The notes beneath the pieces were generated by a model. It searched no databases. It worked only from the letters and a program-made list of their open reading frames with translations, and was not told the DNA's origin. A stretch of DNA of 64,000 nucleotides from a virus: IMG/VR virus record IMGVR_UViG_3300046787_000130, positions 64,001 to 128,000 of that record; one strand, 5' to 3'. A program made the position numbers and the translations under genes. Of the stretch, positions 56,410 through 64,000 are shown one piece after another (within the stretch, counting starts at the first letter, position 1; the number at the start of each line of letters is the position of its first letter).

Positions 56410-56905
56410 GTATTTCCAAGATGACCGTGGTTACTTCTGTGAGACATTAAATCTTTCTAAACCGCCATTTAATGAACTAACTTATGTGCAAAGCAATATG
56501 TCAGTTAACAATAATGGCGCGTTGCGAGGAATGCACTATCAGCATAAGTATCCTCAAGGCAAGTTCTGCTATGTAGCATCTGGGGCAGCATTTGATTTCG
56601 TAATTGATTTGCGAAAGGATTCTCCAGATTTTATGAAGTGTCGCACTTTCTTCATAGAGCCAAAAGGTCCAGCAGTCTGGGTTCCTCCTGGTTATGCTCA
56701 CGGGTTTTTCTCTTGCCGCGAAAACACCGTATTCTGCTACCATGTATTTGGTAATGCTTGGCACAAGGATGATGAGCACTCAATTAATCCATTAACCGTG
56801 CCTGATATCAAGCATATGGTAGATGTTAAACTTGACGTAATTGTTTCACCAAAGGATATTGCTGGTTATGACTATGCTGCATCAACTTGTCCCATCTATG
56901 AATAA
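56375..56905 (+). CDS. rmlC: dTDP-4-dehydrorhamnose 3,5-epimerase
   Basis: DDRGYF.E, LRGMHYQ, QGK, DLR..SP, PPGYAHGF. Confidence 0.93.
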   Translation: MNKELAQYVDIKYFQDDRGYFCETLNLSKPPFNELTYVQSNMSVNNNGALRGMHYQHKYPQGKFCYVASGAAFDFVIDLRKDSPDFMKCRTFFIEPKGPAVWVPPGYAHGFFSCRENTVFCYHVFGNAWHKDDEHSINPLTVPDIKHMVDVKLDVIVSPKDIAGYDYAASTCPIYE

Positions 56906-57764
56906 GAGAATTGTAATCCTTGGCGCTCGTGGTCAGATTGGTAGTGAGATTACCAAACTAGTCCGCGAGGGATTACATCAATGGTGGGCGCTAAATGGGA
57001 CAGCCATAGATTATAATGACCCAGACCGAATCCGTCGAATTATGGATGAGATTCAACCTGAAGTTATCATCAACTGCGCTGCATACACTAATGTTGCTGC
57101 GGCTGAAGAGGATGTTAATCATCGGTCAGTTAGTGCAATGAACATTCAATTACCTAAGAATCTAACTGATGCTGCCGTCGAACACAACGCTGAAATTATT
57201 CATTTCTCTACAGACTATGTGTATGACGGTAAGAAGAATGAGTATAGAGAAGACGACAGGGTCAAGCCATTAAATCATTATGGCTTGACCAAGAGCATTG
57301 GTGATAAGTTTGTACTTGAGTATCCTAAGTCTAAGGTGTTTCGAGTTCAAGCCGTTTACTCCAACCGCAACACCAATTTCTTCAAGAGCATTCAAGCCAA
57401 AGCCCTAGTCGATGAACCTGCTACTGTAGTCTCAGACCAGTTTACAACTCCAACATCAGCAAACTGGATTGCCAAGCAGGTCTATCGTACTCTGTTCATG
57501 CCTCAATATGGTTTGTATCATCTATCTCCTAATGGCTTTTGTTCATTTGCGGACTTTGCTGAGTTGATTTATGCTACCAATTACCCAACAATTTACAGTA
57601 AGTCAACTCCTCCTATCAAGAGAATCCATTACAAAGACCTAAACGCATCTGTAAATCGCCCTATGGTGACCATTTTAAACCATGAAAAGTTTGATAATGC
57701 GTTCTTTCCTATTACAGAAACATGGGAAGATGTGTATAGAGAGTTTATTAAAATACCTAAATAA
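56898..57764 (+). CDS. rmlD: dTDP-4-dehydrorhamnose reductase
   Basis: GARGQIG, NCAAYT.V..AE, STDYVYDG, YG.TK, DQ...PT. Confidence 0.93.
   Translation: MNKRIVILGARGQIGSEITKLVREGLHQWWALNGTAIDYNDPDRIRRIMDEIQPEVIINCAAYTNVAAAEEDVNHRSVSAMNIQLPKNLTDAAVEHNAEIIHFSTDYVYDGKKNEYREDDRVKPLNHYGLTKSIGDKFVLEYPKSKVFRVQAVYSNRNTNFFKSIQAKALVDEPATVVSDQFTTPTSANWIAKQVYRTLFMPQYGLYHLSPNGFCSFADFAELIYATNYPTIYSKSTPPIKRIHYKDLNASVNRPMVTILNHEKFDNAFFPITETWEDVYREFIKIPK
57757..57763 (+). promoter_or_regulatory. T4-type late promoter
   Basis: CTAAATA. Confidence 0.6.
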
Positions 57765-57794
57765 TAGACTATCCCACAGAGTGGACGGGTTTAA

Positions 57795-58952
57795 ATGTTA
57801 AAGTTTACGCAGTTTATTACAGAGTCGCTTGAGACAGAAAAACTAACTCACCTAGAGCACGCAGAAGACCATCATATCAATGCTGGTAAGGCTGGCTTTA
57901 ACCACGCAGTTAGAACTCTTGAAGCCGTACATAACAAACTATCTGGCAAGAAGTCAGAAGCCGCTTTGACAACCAAGTATGATGGTTCCCCGTCCATAGT
58001 ATTCGGACATCACCCAGAGAACGGAAAGTTCTTTGTAGCATCTAAGTCCGCATTCAATAAGAACCCTAAAATCAACTATACACCTAAAGACATTGACAAG
58101 AATCATGGTCATGCTCCTGGTCTAGTTGATAAGTTGAAGACTGCGCTCAAGCACCTACCCAAAGCAGCCCCTGGTCATGGCGTATATCAAGGCGACTTGA
58201 TGTATACTAAGGGTGACGTAGAAGAACATGGCGGGTCATACCATTTCAAGCCTAACACCATTACCTATTCCTCTAAGAAAGATTCTGATGAGGGCAAGAA
58301 GATTGGTAAGGCTAAGATTGGTGTTGTAGTTCATACCAAGTATGAAGGAAAGAACTTTGAAGATATGAAGGCAAAGTTTGCCCCTAAGTTGGGCGGATTT
58401 GCTGAACACAAAGATGTTCATATTATGGACCCTGAAACAGACCACGAGAAGGTTCATTATACATCTGAGCAAAAAGATAAGTTTAATCATCATATCGAAA
58501 AGGCTAAGGCACTTGATGCTAAGCATGATTATGCTCATCTAGAGGGTCATCAAGAGCATCTAAAGACCTATATCAACCAGACCGTCCGTACTGGTGATGC
58601 GCCTACTGTTGAAGGTCTAAAGGCTCATGTTACCGCACTTCACACAAAGGCTGCTGAAAAATTAAAGACAGCAGCATCAAAAAGTAAGATTACCGATAAG
58701 ATGAACAAGCATCTATCACATATTGATGCTAATGCTAAGGAGTTTAAGACAACCTTAGCAATTCATCACCACTTGCAAGCCGCCAAAGACCAACTGGTCA
58801 ATGGATTATCATCTCACAGCACCTATGGTCATAGTATCAAGGGTAAAGCGGCAAAACCAGAAGGATTTGTTGCCGTTATAGATAATAAGCCAACTAAGTT
58901 AGTTGACAGAGCAGAGTTCAGTAGAGAAAACTTTCTTGCGAGACCACGATGA
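57795..58952 (+). CDS. Conserved T4-like protein with RNA-ligase-like motifs (DUF6267-like), probable internal head protein
   Basis: MLKFTQFITE capsid-targeting-like start; HLEH.ED, KYDGSP, QGD, PEGFVA, KLVDR.EFS. Confidence 0.7.
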   Translation: MLKFTQFITESLETEKLTHLEHAEDHHINAGKAGFNHAVRTLEAVHNKLSGKKSEAALTTKYDGSPSIVFGHHPENGKFFVASKSAFNKNPKINYTPKDIDKNHGHAPGLVDKLKTALKHLPKAAPGHGVYQGDLMYTKGDVEEHGGSYHFKPNTITYSSKKDSDEGKKIGKAKIGVVVHTKYEGKNFEDMKAKFAPKLGGFAEHKDVHIMDPETDHEKVHYTSEQKDKFNHHIEKAKALDAKHDYAHLEGHQEHLKTYINQTVRTGDAPTVEGLKAHVTALHTKAAEKLKTAASKSKITDKMNKHLSHIDANAKEFKTTLAIHHHLQAAKDQLVNGLSSHSTYGHSIKGKAAKPEGFVAVIDNKPTKLVDRAEFSRENFLARPR

Positions 58953-60832
58953 AACACGCAGTCTTTACATTTGGTAGATTTAATCCTCCAACAGAAGCAG
59001 GACACGGCAAACTAGTAAATGCCGTTAAGTCTCATGCAGAATCAGTTGGCGGTGACCACTTCATCTTCCCATCCCATTCTCAGGATGCAAAAAAGAATCC
59101 TTTGTCTCATGAAGACAAGGTTTCTGCTATGCACAAAGTCTTCCCTAAGACAAACATTGTTAGCCATCCTGAAGTAAAGACTGCTATTCATGCAATGAAG
59201 CATCTTGAAAAGAAAGGATACACCCACGCAACAATGGTTGTTGGCTCTGACCGTGTTCCTGAGTTTAAGTCTTTGCTTGGCAAGTACAATGGCAAAGAGT
59301 ACAACTTTAAGAAGATTCATGTCAAGTCAGCTGGCAATCGTGACCCTGACGCAGAAGGCGCTGAGGGCATGTCAGCATCCAAACTTCGCGGTTTGGTATC
59401 AGCAGGAAAGCGTGATGAATTCATTAGTCATTACTCTAACAAGAAAGTTGGCGCTGAAATTCACGACAAGGTAAAGAAAGCAATGAAAGAACAAACAACT
59501 GCACCAATTGGTATCTTTTTGTTTGGTGGTCCTGGCAGCGGCAAGGATTATGTCCTCAAGAATATCTTCTCACGTTTTGACTTAACTGAAGTACAAGCCG
59601 ACCAGCTGCTACAAGGTTATGCTGGTATTCTACTAGAAGATAACGCAAATATTGTTATCAACTGCTCAGCAGAAAATTCTGAACAGATTGAGACTATCAA
59701 GTCTATGCTGGGAGGTTATGAGTTTGACCATGTATACGTTTCTGTATCAAACAAGGTCAGCCGTGAGCGTAATCAAGCCCGACTAAACCCACTACGGGAA
59801 GATGTTCGTATTGGCAAGATGCTCAAAGCCGAAAGACTTGCTAAGTCTATTCCAGAAACATTTACCTTTAACAACTCATTAAATTTATCAGAATCCAGTG
59901 AGATGGAAAAGGTATTTTTTGCGTCGCAGATTCAAAAACTGCTAGAGCGTGTAGTAGGAATGGGATTAGAGTTACAACAAACTCCCAGTCCAAAAAACTT
60001 TGCTAAGATAAGACAAGCATTAGGAGAAAATAATGTTCAAGTTTCTAAAAAAGGTATGGCATTGGCTGATGGGAAAGAAGGAGACTGTGCCTGCAGTGGA
60101 GGTGCCTCCGGCAGCCCCTGTGATTGTGGAGGCTCCTGTGGTTGCGCCGAGTGTGCAGGAACCAGTAAAGCCGTCAAAGAAGAAGCCAGCACAGTCAAAG
60201 TCCTCAACAGTCTCAAAAGCAAAATCAAAGCCAAAAAAGGTGTAGGACCAACAAACTATGATGGTAGACTTGGAATCAACATTGGATTGATTTCAGCTCC
60301 TACCGTTGTAGGCTCACCTACATCTACTTATGAGTCTATACAGTATCATCTCAAGAACAACATTTCCTTTACCAAGAACATTTATCGTCCTGGTTCAGAA
60401 AAGTTCTTTGAGATGATTGACCATGCCCGTCAGTTGTATCTTGAAGGCAAGTATCAGCCTGAAGATGAGTATGAACTTGAAGTCCTAGAAAGCAACATTG
60501 GCGAAATAGCCATGTATGAGGGCAAGCAAGTTGTACTTGATTTTCCTTTTGAAGTACTTGCTGAAGAGGGTTCTGACCCAACTAAGGGTCATGGAATTGG
60601 CAAGCCATTCCGTAAAGGTGGTGGCGGTGCAGTCTATGTCAAGAGCGGTGATGGCGTCAAACTAGTTAACTTTAGTCAGTCAGGCATGACCAAGAAGTAT
60701 AATGACCCAGGTCGTTTGAAGAGTTTTATGGCAAGACATCACTGCTTGACCAATAAGGACAAAACATCTGCGTCTTACTGGGCTTGCCGTTGGCCAAGAT
60801 ACTTCAGTTCAGGCGGTCAACAGTGGTGGTAA
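58949..60832 (+). CDS. Cytidyltransferase-like (HxGH) nucleotidyltransferase fused to a P-loop domain and further modules
   Basis: FGRFNPPT..GH, KNPL, VGSDR, MSASK.R; GGPGSGKD; C-terminal SF.ARH.C...YWAC..W. Confidence 0.8.
   Translation: MKHAVFTFGRFNPPTEAGHGKLVNAVKSHAESVGGDHFIFPSHSQDAKKNPLSHEDKVSAMHKVFPKTNIVSHPEVKTAIHAMKHLEKKGYTHATMVVGSDRVPEFKSLLGKYNGKEYNFKKIHVKSAGNRDPDAEGAEGMSASKLRGLVSAGKRDEFISHYSNKKVGAEIHDKVKKAMKEQTTAPIGIFLFGGPGSGKDYVLKNIFSRFDLTEVQADQLLQGYAGILLEDNANIVINCSAENSEQIETIKSMLGGYEFDHVYVSVSNKVSRERNQARLNPLREDVRIGKMLKAERLAKSIPETFTFNNSLNLSESSEMEKVFFASQIQKLLERVVGMGLELQQTPSPKNFAKIRQALGENNVQVSKKGMALADGKEGDCACSGGASGSPCDCGGSCGCAECAGTSKAVKEEASTVKVLNSLKSKIKAKKGVGPTNYDGRLGINIGLISAPTVVGSPTSTYESIQYHLKNNISFTKNIYRPGSEKFFEMIDHARQLYLEGKYQPEDEYELEVLESNIGEIAMYEGKQVVLDFPFEVLAEEGSDPTKGHGIGKPFRKGGGGAVYVKSGDGVKLVNFSQSGMTKKYNDPGRLKSFMARHHCLTNKDKTSASYWACRWPRYFSSGGQQWW
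60033..60245 (+). CDS. Nested +1-frame small protein (amphipathic N-terminus, Pro/Lys-rich)
   Basis: AGGAG SD at 60022-60026; MFKFLKKVWHWLMG...PKKV. Confidence 0.5.
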   Translation: MFKFLKKVWHWLMGKKETVPAVEVPPAAPVIVEAPVVAPSVQEPVKPSKKKPAQSKSSTVSKAKSKPKKV

Positions 60833-60835
60833 AAG

Positions 60836-61102
60836 GTGAAACCATACAGTGAAAAATTCCTAAATAATGGTATCATTGTACGGACATTTTCCAAGGATGT
60901 ATTATCTGAAGAATTAGTTTGGCACAGAGATAGAAATAATCGCGATGTTACTGTGATATCAGGAGAAGGTTGGCTTCTACAATTAGATGACAACCTCCCT
61001 ACTGAATTAAAAGAGGGATGCACATATCATATTCCGGCATATGTGTATCATAGAATAAAGCGCGGGAATACAGATTTGACAGTACAAATCAGAGAGACGT
61101 AA
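60836..61102 (+). CDS. Small cupin-like protein
   Basis: EL.WHRD...R, W..QLD..LP, IP...YHR..RG. Confidence 0.75.
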   Translation: MKPYSEKFLNNGIIVRTFSKDVLSEELVWHRDRNNRDVTVISGEGWLLQLDDNLPTELKEGCTYHIPAYVYHRIKRGNTDLTVQIRET

Positions 61103-61103
61103 C

Positions 61104-63614
61104 ATGGCATCAGCATCGGTACTACAGGCTTGGGAAAGAGCATTTAAGAGTGGCTCTAAATCCCTACAGCAAAAACTCAGAGCAGCCCATGGCAACAAGC
61201 CTGAGTTTAAGAAGTTTTTAAAAGACCAAGGTCTTGAAACTGAAACTAGCGTAAAGCAAGTATCCAAGTCACAAGTTGACAAGGTCAAGCAGAAAGCCCG
61301 TGAAAAACTAGCCGCAAAAGCCTATGGTGCTACCAAGGGAACCCGTATGGGTGCTGCTGATGGTTCAGGTGAAACGCTCCGTGACACCATTGCACCACTT
61401 TCTCCCGAGCAACATGCTGCTGTTAAGACCGCAGAAAGAACTGCGAAAGCCGCTGCTAAACCAGCCGCCAAACCTAAGAAAGAAAAGAAGCCAAAGGCTC
61501 CAAAACCAGAAGAATCTCGCCTAGACATGATTAAGCGTCTAGCATCAAGAAAGAAGATTAACAATCCTCCTGTATCTGCTAAGCAGTTACGCACTATTGC
61601 GGCTGTTGGCGGTCAAGAACATGACCATGGCGGATTTGATGACCTATCTGGAACAGGTTATGAGAATATGGGTGGTCGTTACAGCATGGATGAATCGCAC
61701 AAAGTTGGCGATTTAGTAAGTTACTTCCATCAAGGATTAGGCGACCATCTCTACGGTAGAGTACAGACAGTTGCTGATGACCATATTACTATGAAGAGCG
61801 GAGGAAAAACTTGGAAAGTGCCAATGCAGTTAGTCCATAAGGCTGATGAAAAGAAGGTTCCCAAGTACCGTTATGATGAGCAAGTTGAGCGGGTTGCTGA
61901 GAACATTATTGACAGATTTGTTGCTAACAAGATTGCTTCATATCACAGTGATAAGGTCAAAGGTTCTGTAGAGCAGTCCGATGCAGCCCGTGAAGCCGTC
62001 ACTAAGAAAATGGAGCCAATCAAGAGAAAGATTGAGCGCATCAAGGCTAGAGCATCATACAAAGATAAGTCTCACGCAAGACATGATGAAACCAAACTAG
62101 ACCTCAAGCATGCTAATGATGAACACGCAGCACTCAAAGCAGAGCGCGCAAAGCACTATGATGCCTTTAAAAATGCATCAGCAGAAAGAGATTCCAATAT
62201 TGCCTCAGACATGAAGACCTATGACAAGTATGGTCTTGTTGGTCTAGGTCTAAAACGTCTAAAGCAAAACATTCAGAAGGAAGAGACAATGAACGAAGGT
62301 ATCCTAAGCAAACTTCTAGGCAAGAAGAAAGAATTAGCCAAGCCAGCCCCAAAGAAGACTGGATACCAAGGTCTTCCTGCTGAGTGGAGCCAAGAGAAGC
62401 GCAGCAATGAATATGACGCCAACAAGTACATGGCTAAACTCAAGAATGAAGAATACAAAGAGCCTTTTGAAGGCGGTAAGACTCCTTCTAAGAACAAGGG
62501 TATTGTAGTAGGCAAGAGCCGTCCTGAAGGAATGTCTCGCGTTGCTCACCTAGCCCGTCTAGCCCTAAAGAAGAAGGCTATGAAGGAAGGTTACATGAAG
62601 GCAAACATGCCTGAAATGGATGATGATAATGGCAAATCAGATATGGCAAAATATGAGCGTCAGTCGAAGAAGAAAGGCGTTCGTGCATATGACAAGAATG
62701 GCAAACTAGTTGGCAACTATCGTAGCATGGAAGATGCTAAGAAGTTTAAGCCTGGTCATACATACAAAGAAGAAGTCGAGCAACTAGACGAAATTGGAGA
62801 TACTCAAAAAGGAAAAGATGCTCTCGCTTCTTACATCGGAAAAGCCGCTAAAGCACTCCGTAAACCAAATATGGATATCGCTTACGAAAAAGGTGGCGTC
62901 GATAATATGATGAAAAATATTAGAAAGGTCAACAACAGAGAGACAGGAATTGCCGTAGCAGCAAAGAAACTTGCAAAAGAAGAAGTTACGCCAACACCAG
63001 TCCACAAGTTAAATCCTGGTTTGCAAGCAAAAATTGATGCTGCTAGCAAGAAGCAGAAGCCTCGTCAAGCAGGAACACCTTCTATTGATAAAATCAAACT
63101 TATCACTAGAGAAGAAGTTGAACAGGTTGATGAAGTAAATTCACGTCACAGTTTTGATGCGGCACAGGCTAGACTAACGCCAAGAGCAAAGAACGTTAAG
63201 CAAGCCCTAAGCACCAAAAAGCGTGATGTTGCAGCAACCAACAAGTATGGCAGAGTTATTGGCAAAATTGCTGGTATGAAGCCAAAGGAAGTTGTTGCCA
63301 ATCTTAAGGATATGGGCGAAGAAACTGAACAGGTTGCTGAAGTACTAAAGCCATCTATGGGCGCATCAGCGTACATTAGCGATTTTGTTCGTTCAAAGAA
63401 TGCTAAGTTTGCCGGTAAGTCTAAAGCCGAACGTACCAAGATGGCTCTTGGTGCATACTATGGCGATAAGAAGGGCATGAAAGAAGGTCTAGACCCAGTT
63501 GGTCAAGAAGATGCAGATGTAAATAACGACGGCAAGCATGGTCATTCAACTGACAAGTACTTGCTAAAGCGTCGTGCTGCAATCTCTAAGGCTATGGCTA
63601 AGAAAGGCAAATAA
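61104..63614 (+). CDS. Large modular internal head protein
   Basis: Basic modules separated by EEVEQLDE-like linkers; C-terminal LDPVG.ED.D.NNDG...DKYL..RR.AI. Confidence 0.7.
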   Translation: MASASVLQAWERAFKSGSKSLQQKLRAAHGNKPEFKKFLKDQGLETETSVKQVSKSQVDKVKQKAREKLAAKAYGATKGTRMGAADGSGETLRDTIAPLSPEQHAAVKTAERTAKAAAKPAAKPKKEKKPKAPKPEESRLDMIKRLASRKKINNPPVSAKQLRTIAAVGGQEHDHGGFDDLSGTGYENMGGRYSMDESHKVGDLVSYFHQGLGDHLYGRVQTVADDHITMKSGGKTWKVPMQLVHKADEKKVPKYRYDEQVERVAENIIDRFVANKIASYHSDKVKGSVEQSDAAREAVTKKMEPIKRKIERIKARASYKDKSHARHDETKLDLKHANDEHAALKAERAKHYDAFKNASAERDSNIASDMKTYDKYGLVGLGLKRLKQNIQKEETMNEGILSKLLGKKKELAKPAPKKTGYQGLPAEWSQEKRSNEYDANKYMAKLKNEEYKEPFEGGKTPSKNKGIVVGKSRPEGMSRVAHLARLALKKKAMKEGYMKANMPEMDDDNGKSDMAKYERQSKKKGVRAYDKNGKLVGNYRSMEDAKKFKPGHTYKEEVEQLDEIGDTQKGKDALASYIGKAAKALRKPNMDIAYEKGGVDNMMKNIRKVNNRETGIAVAAKKLAKEEVTPTPVHKLNPGLQAKIDAASKKQKPRQAGTPSIDKIKLITREEVEQVDEVNSRHSFDAAQARLTPRAKNVKQALSTKKRDVAATNKYGRVIGKIAGMKPKEVVANLKDMGEETEQVAEVLKPSMGASAYISDFVRSKNAKFAGKSKAERTKMALGAYYGDKKGMKEGLDPVGQEDADVNNDGKHGHSTDKYLLKRRAAISKAMAKKGK

Positions 63615-63616
63615 GT

Positions 63617-63781
63617 ATGGATAAGGAACCTAAGAAAACTAAGTTCCGCCAGTTGCGCAAGAAGGTTCAAGCAAACAAAACTGTTAACCTTGAACCTTCT
63701 TTGTCAACAATGAAGTCTATGCCAACTACAGCGGCTTATGATACAACAAACCCAGGAAACGAAAATGTTAAAGTTCAGTGA
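63617..63781 (+). CDS. Small hypothetical protein (54 aa)
   Basis: Open frame between its neighbours: MDKEPKKTKFRQLRKK... Confidence 0.45.
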   Translation: MDKEPKKTKFRQLRKKVQANKTVNLEPSLSTMKSMPTTAAYDTTNPGNENVKVQ

Positions 63782-64000
63782 GTACTTTGCCGAGCAAGAT
63801 GGCACTCTAGACATTGACACCAAGCAACTTGAAGGTCAATTAGACTTTTTAAATGCTGACTTAGACAAATTAACAGAGAAGCCATTCCAAAACAGTGCAG
63901 TCTTTATGAATGCAATTCGCGGAACACTAGAGCGTTACAGCCTATTGATTCCTCCAATGGGATACGCATCTCTGTCTACTGATGCAGAACTAGTTTTCAA
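63765..64000 (+). CDS. Hypothetical internal head protein (3' truncated)
   Basis: MLKFSEYFAE capsid-targeting-like start; AGGA RBS; open to the window end. Confidence 0.6.
   Translation, partial: MLKFSEYFAEQDGTLDIDTKQLEGQLDFLNADLDKLTEKPFQNSAVFMNAIRGTLERYSLLIPPMGYASLSTDAELVF

Noticed and set aside
60080-60160. Metallothionein-like Cys cluster
   Set aside because: Can be explained as the alternate-frame reading of Val/Pro/Ala codons of the nested ORF; not supported as an independent domain
1-64000. Stop-codon recoding, DGR or retron elements, integrase
   Set aside because: Core genes are intact in the standard code; no reverse transcriptase, TR/VR pair or recombinase was seen

Overview
A 64-kb stretch of a T4-like (Tevenvirinae/Kyanoviridae-type) myovirus genome, with essentially all genes on the + strand. 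The host is probably proteobacterial (inferred from IHF boxes, a ROSE-like leader and leaderless starts). Gene order: collagen-like fibre; neck, terminase, tail and head module (gp13-gp23, gp3); uvsY-uvsW-gp55-gp47-gp46; peptide deformylase; early VWA/MoxR (CobT/CobS-like) island; a putative DNA hypermodification cluster (TET/JBP dioxygenase, stand-alone class II glutamine amidotransferase, aGPT-Pplase2 amino-acid:DNA transferase, P-loop DNA kinase, GT-A protein); dNMP kinase-gp45-dsbA-gp44-gp62-regA-dUTPase-nuclease-hsp20; small early genes; a nine-gene nucleotide-sugar/glycosyltransferase cluster with a C-methyltransferase; gp43-uvsX-gp40-gp41; a complete rmlBACD; late internal head-protein genes. 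Non-coding highlights: five IHF-box promoters with fixed geometry, an antisense promoter over 22-bp repeats upstream of gp55, a ~65-nt structured RNA upstream of gp44, a ROSE-like thermometer, a nested +1-frame gene and strong GATC avoidance. All calls come from motif recognition and synteny by eye; no searches were run.
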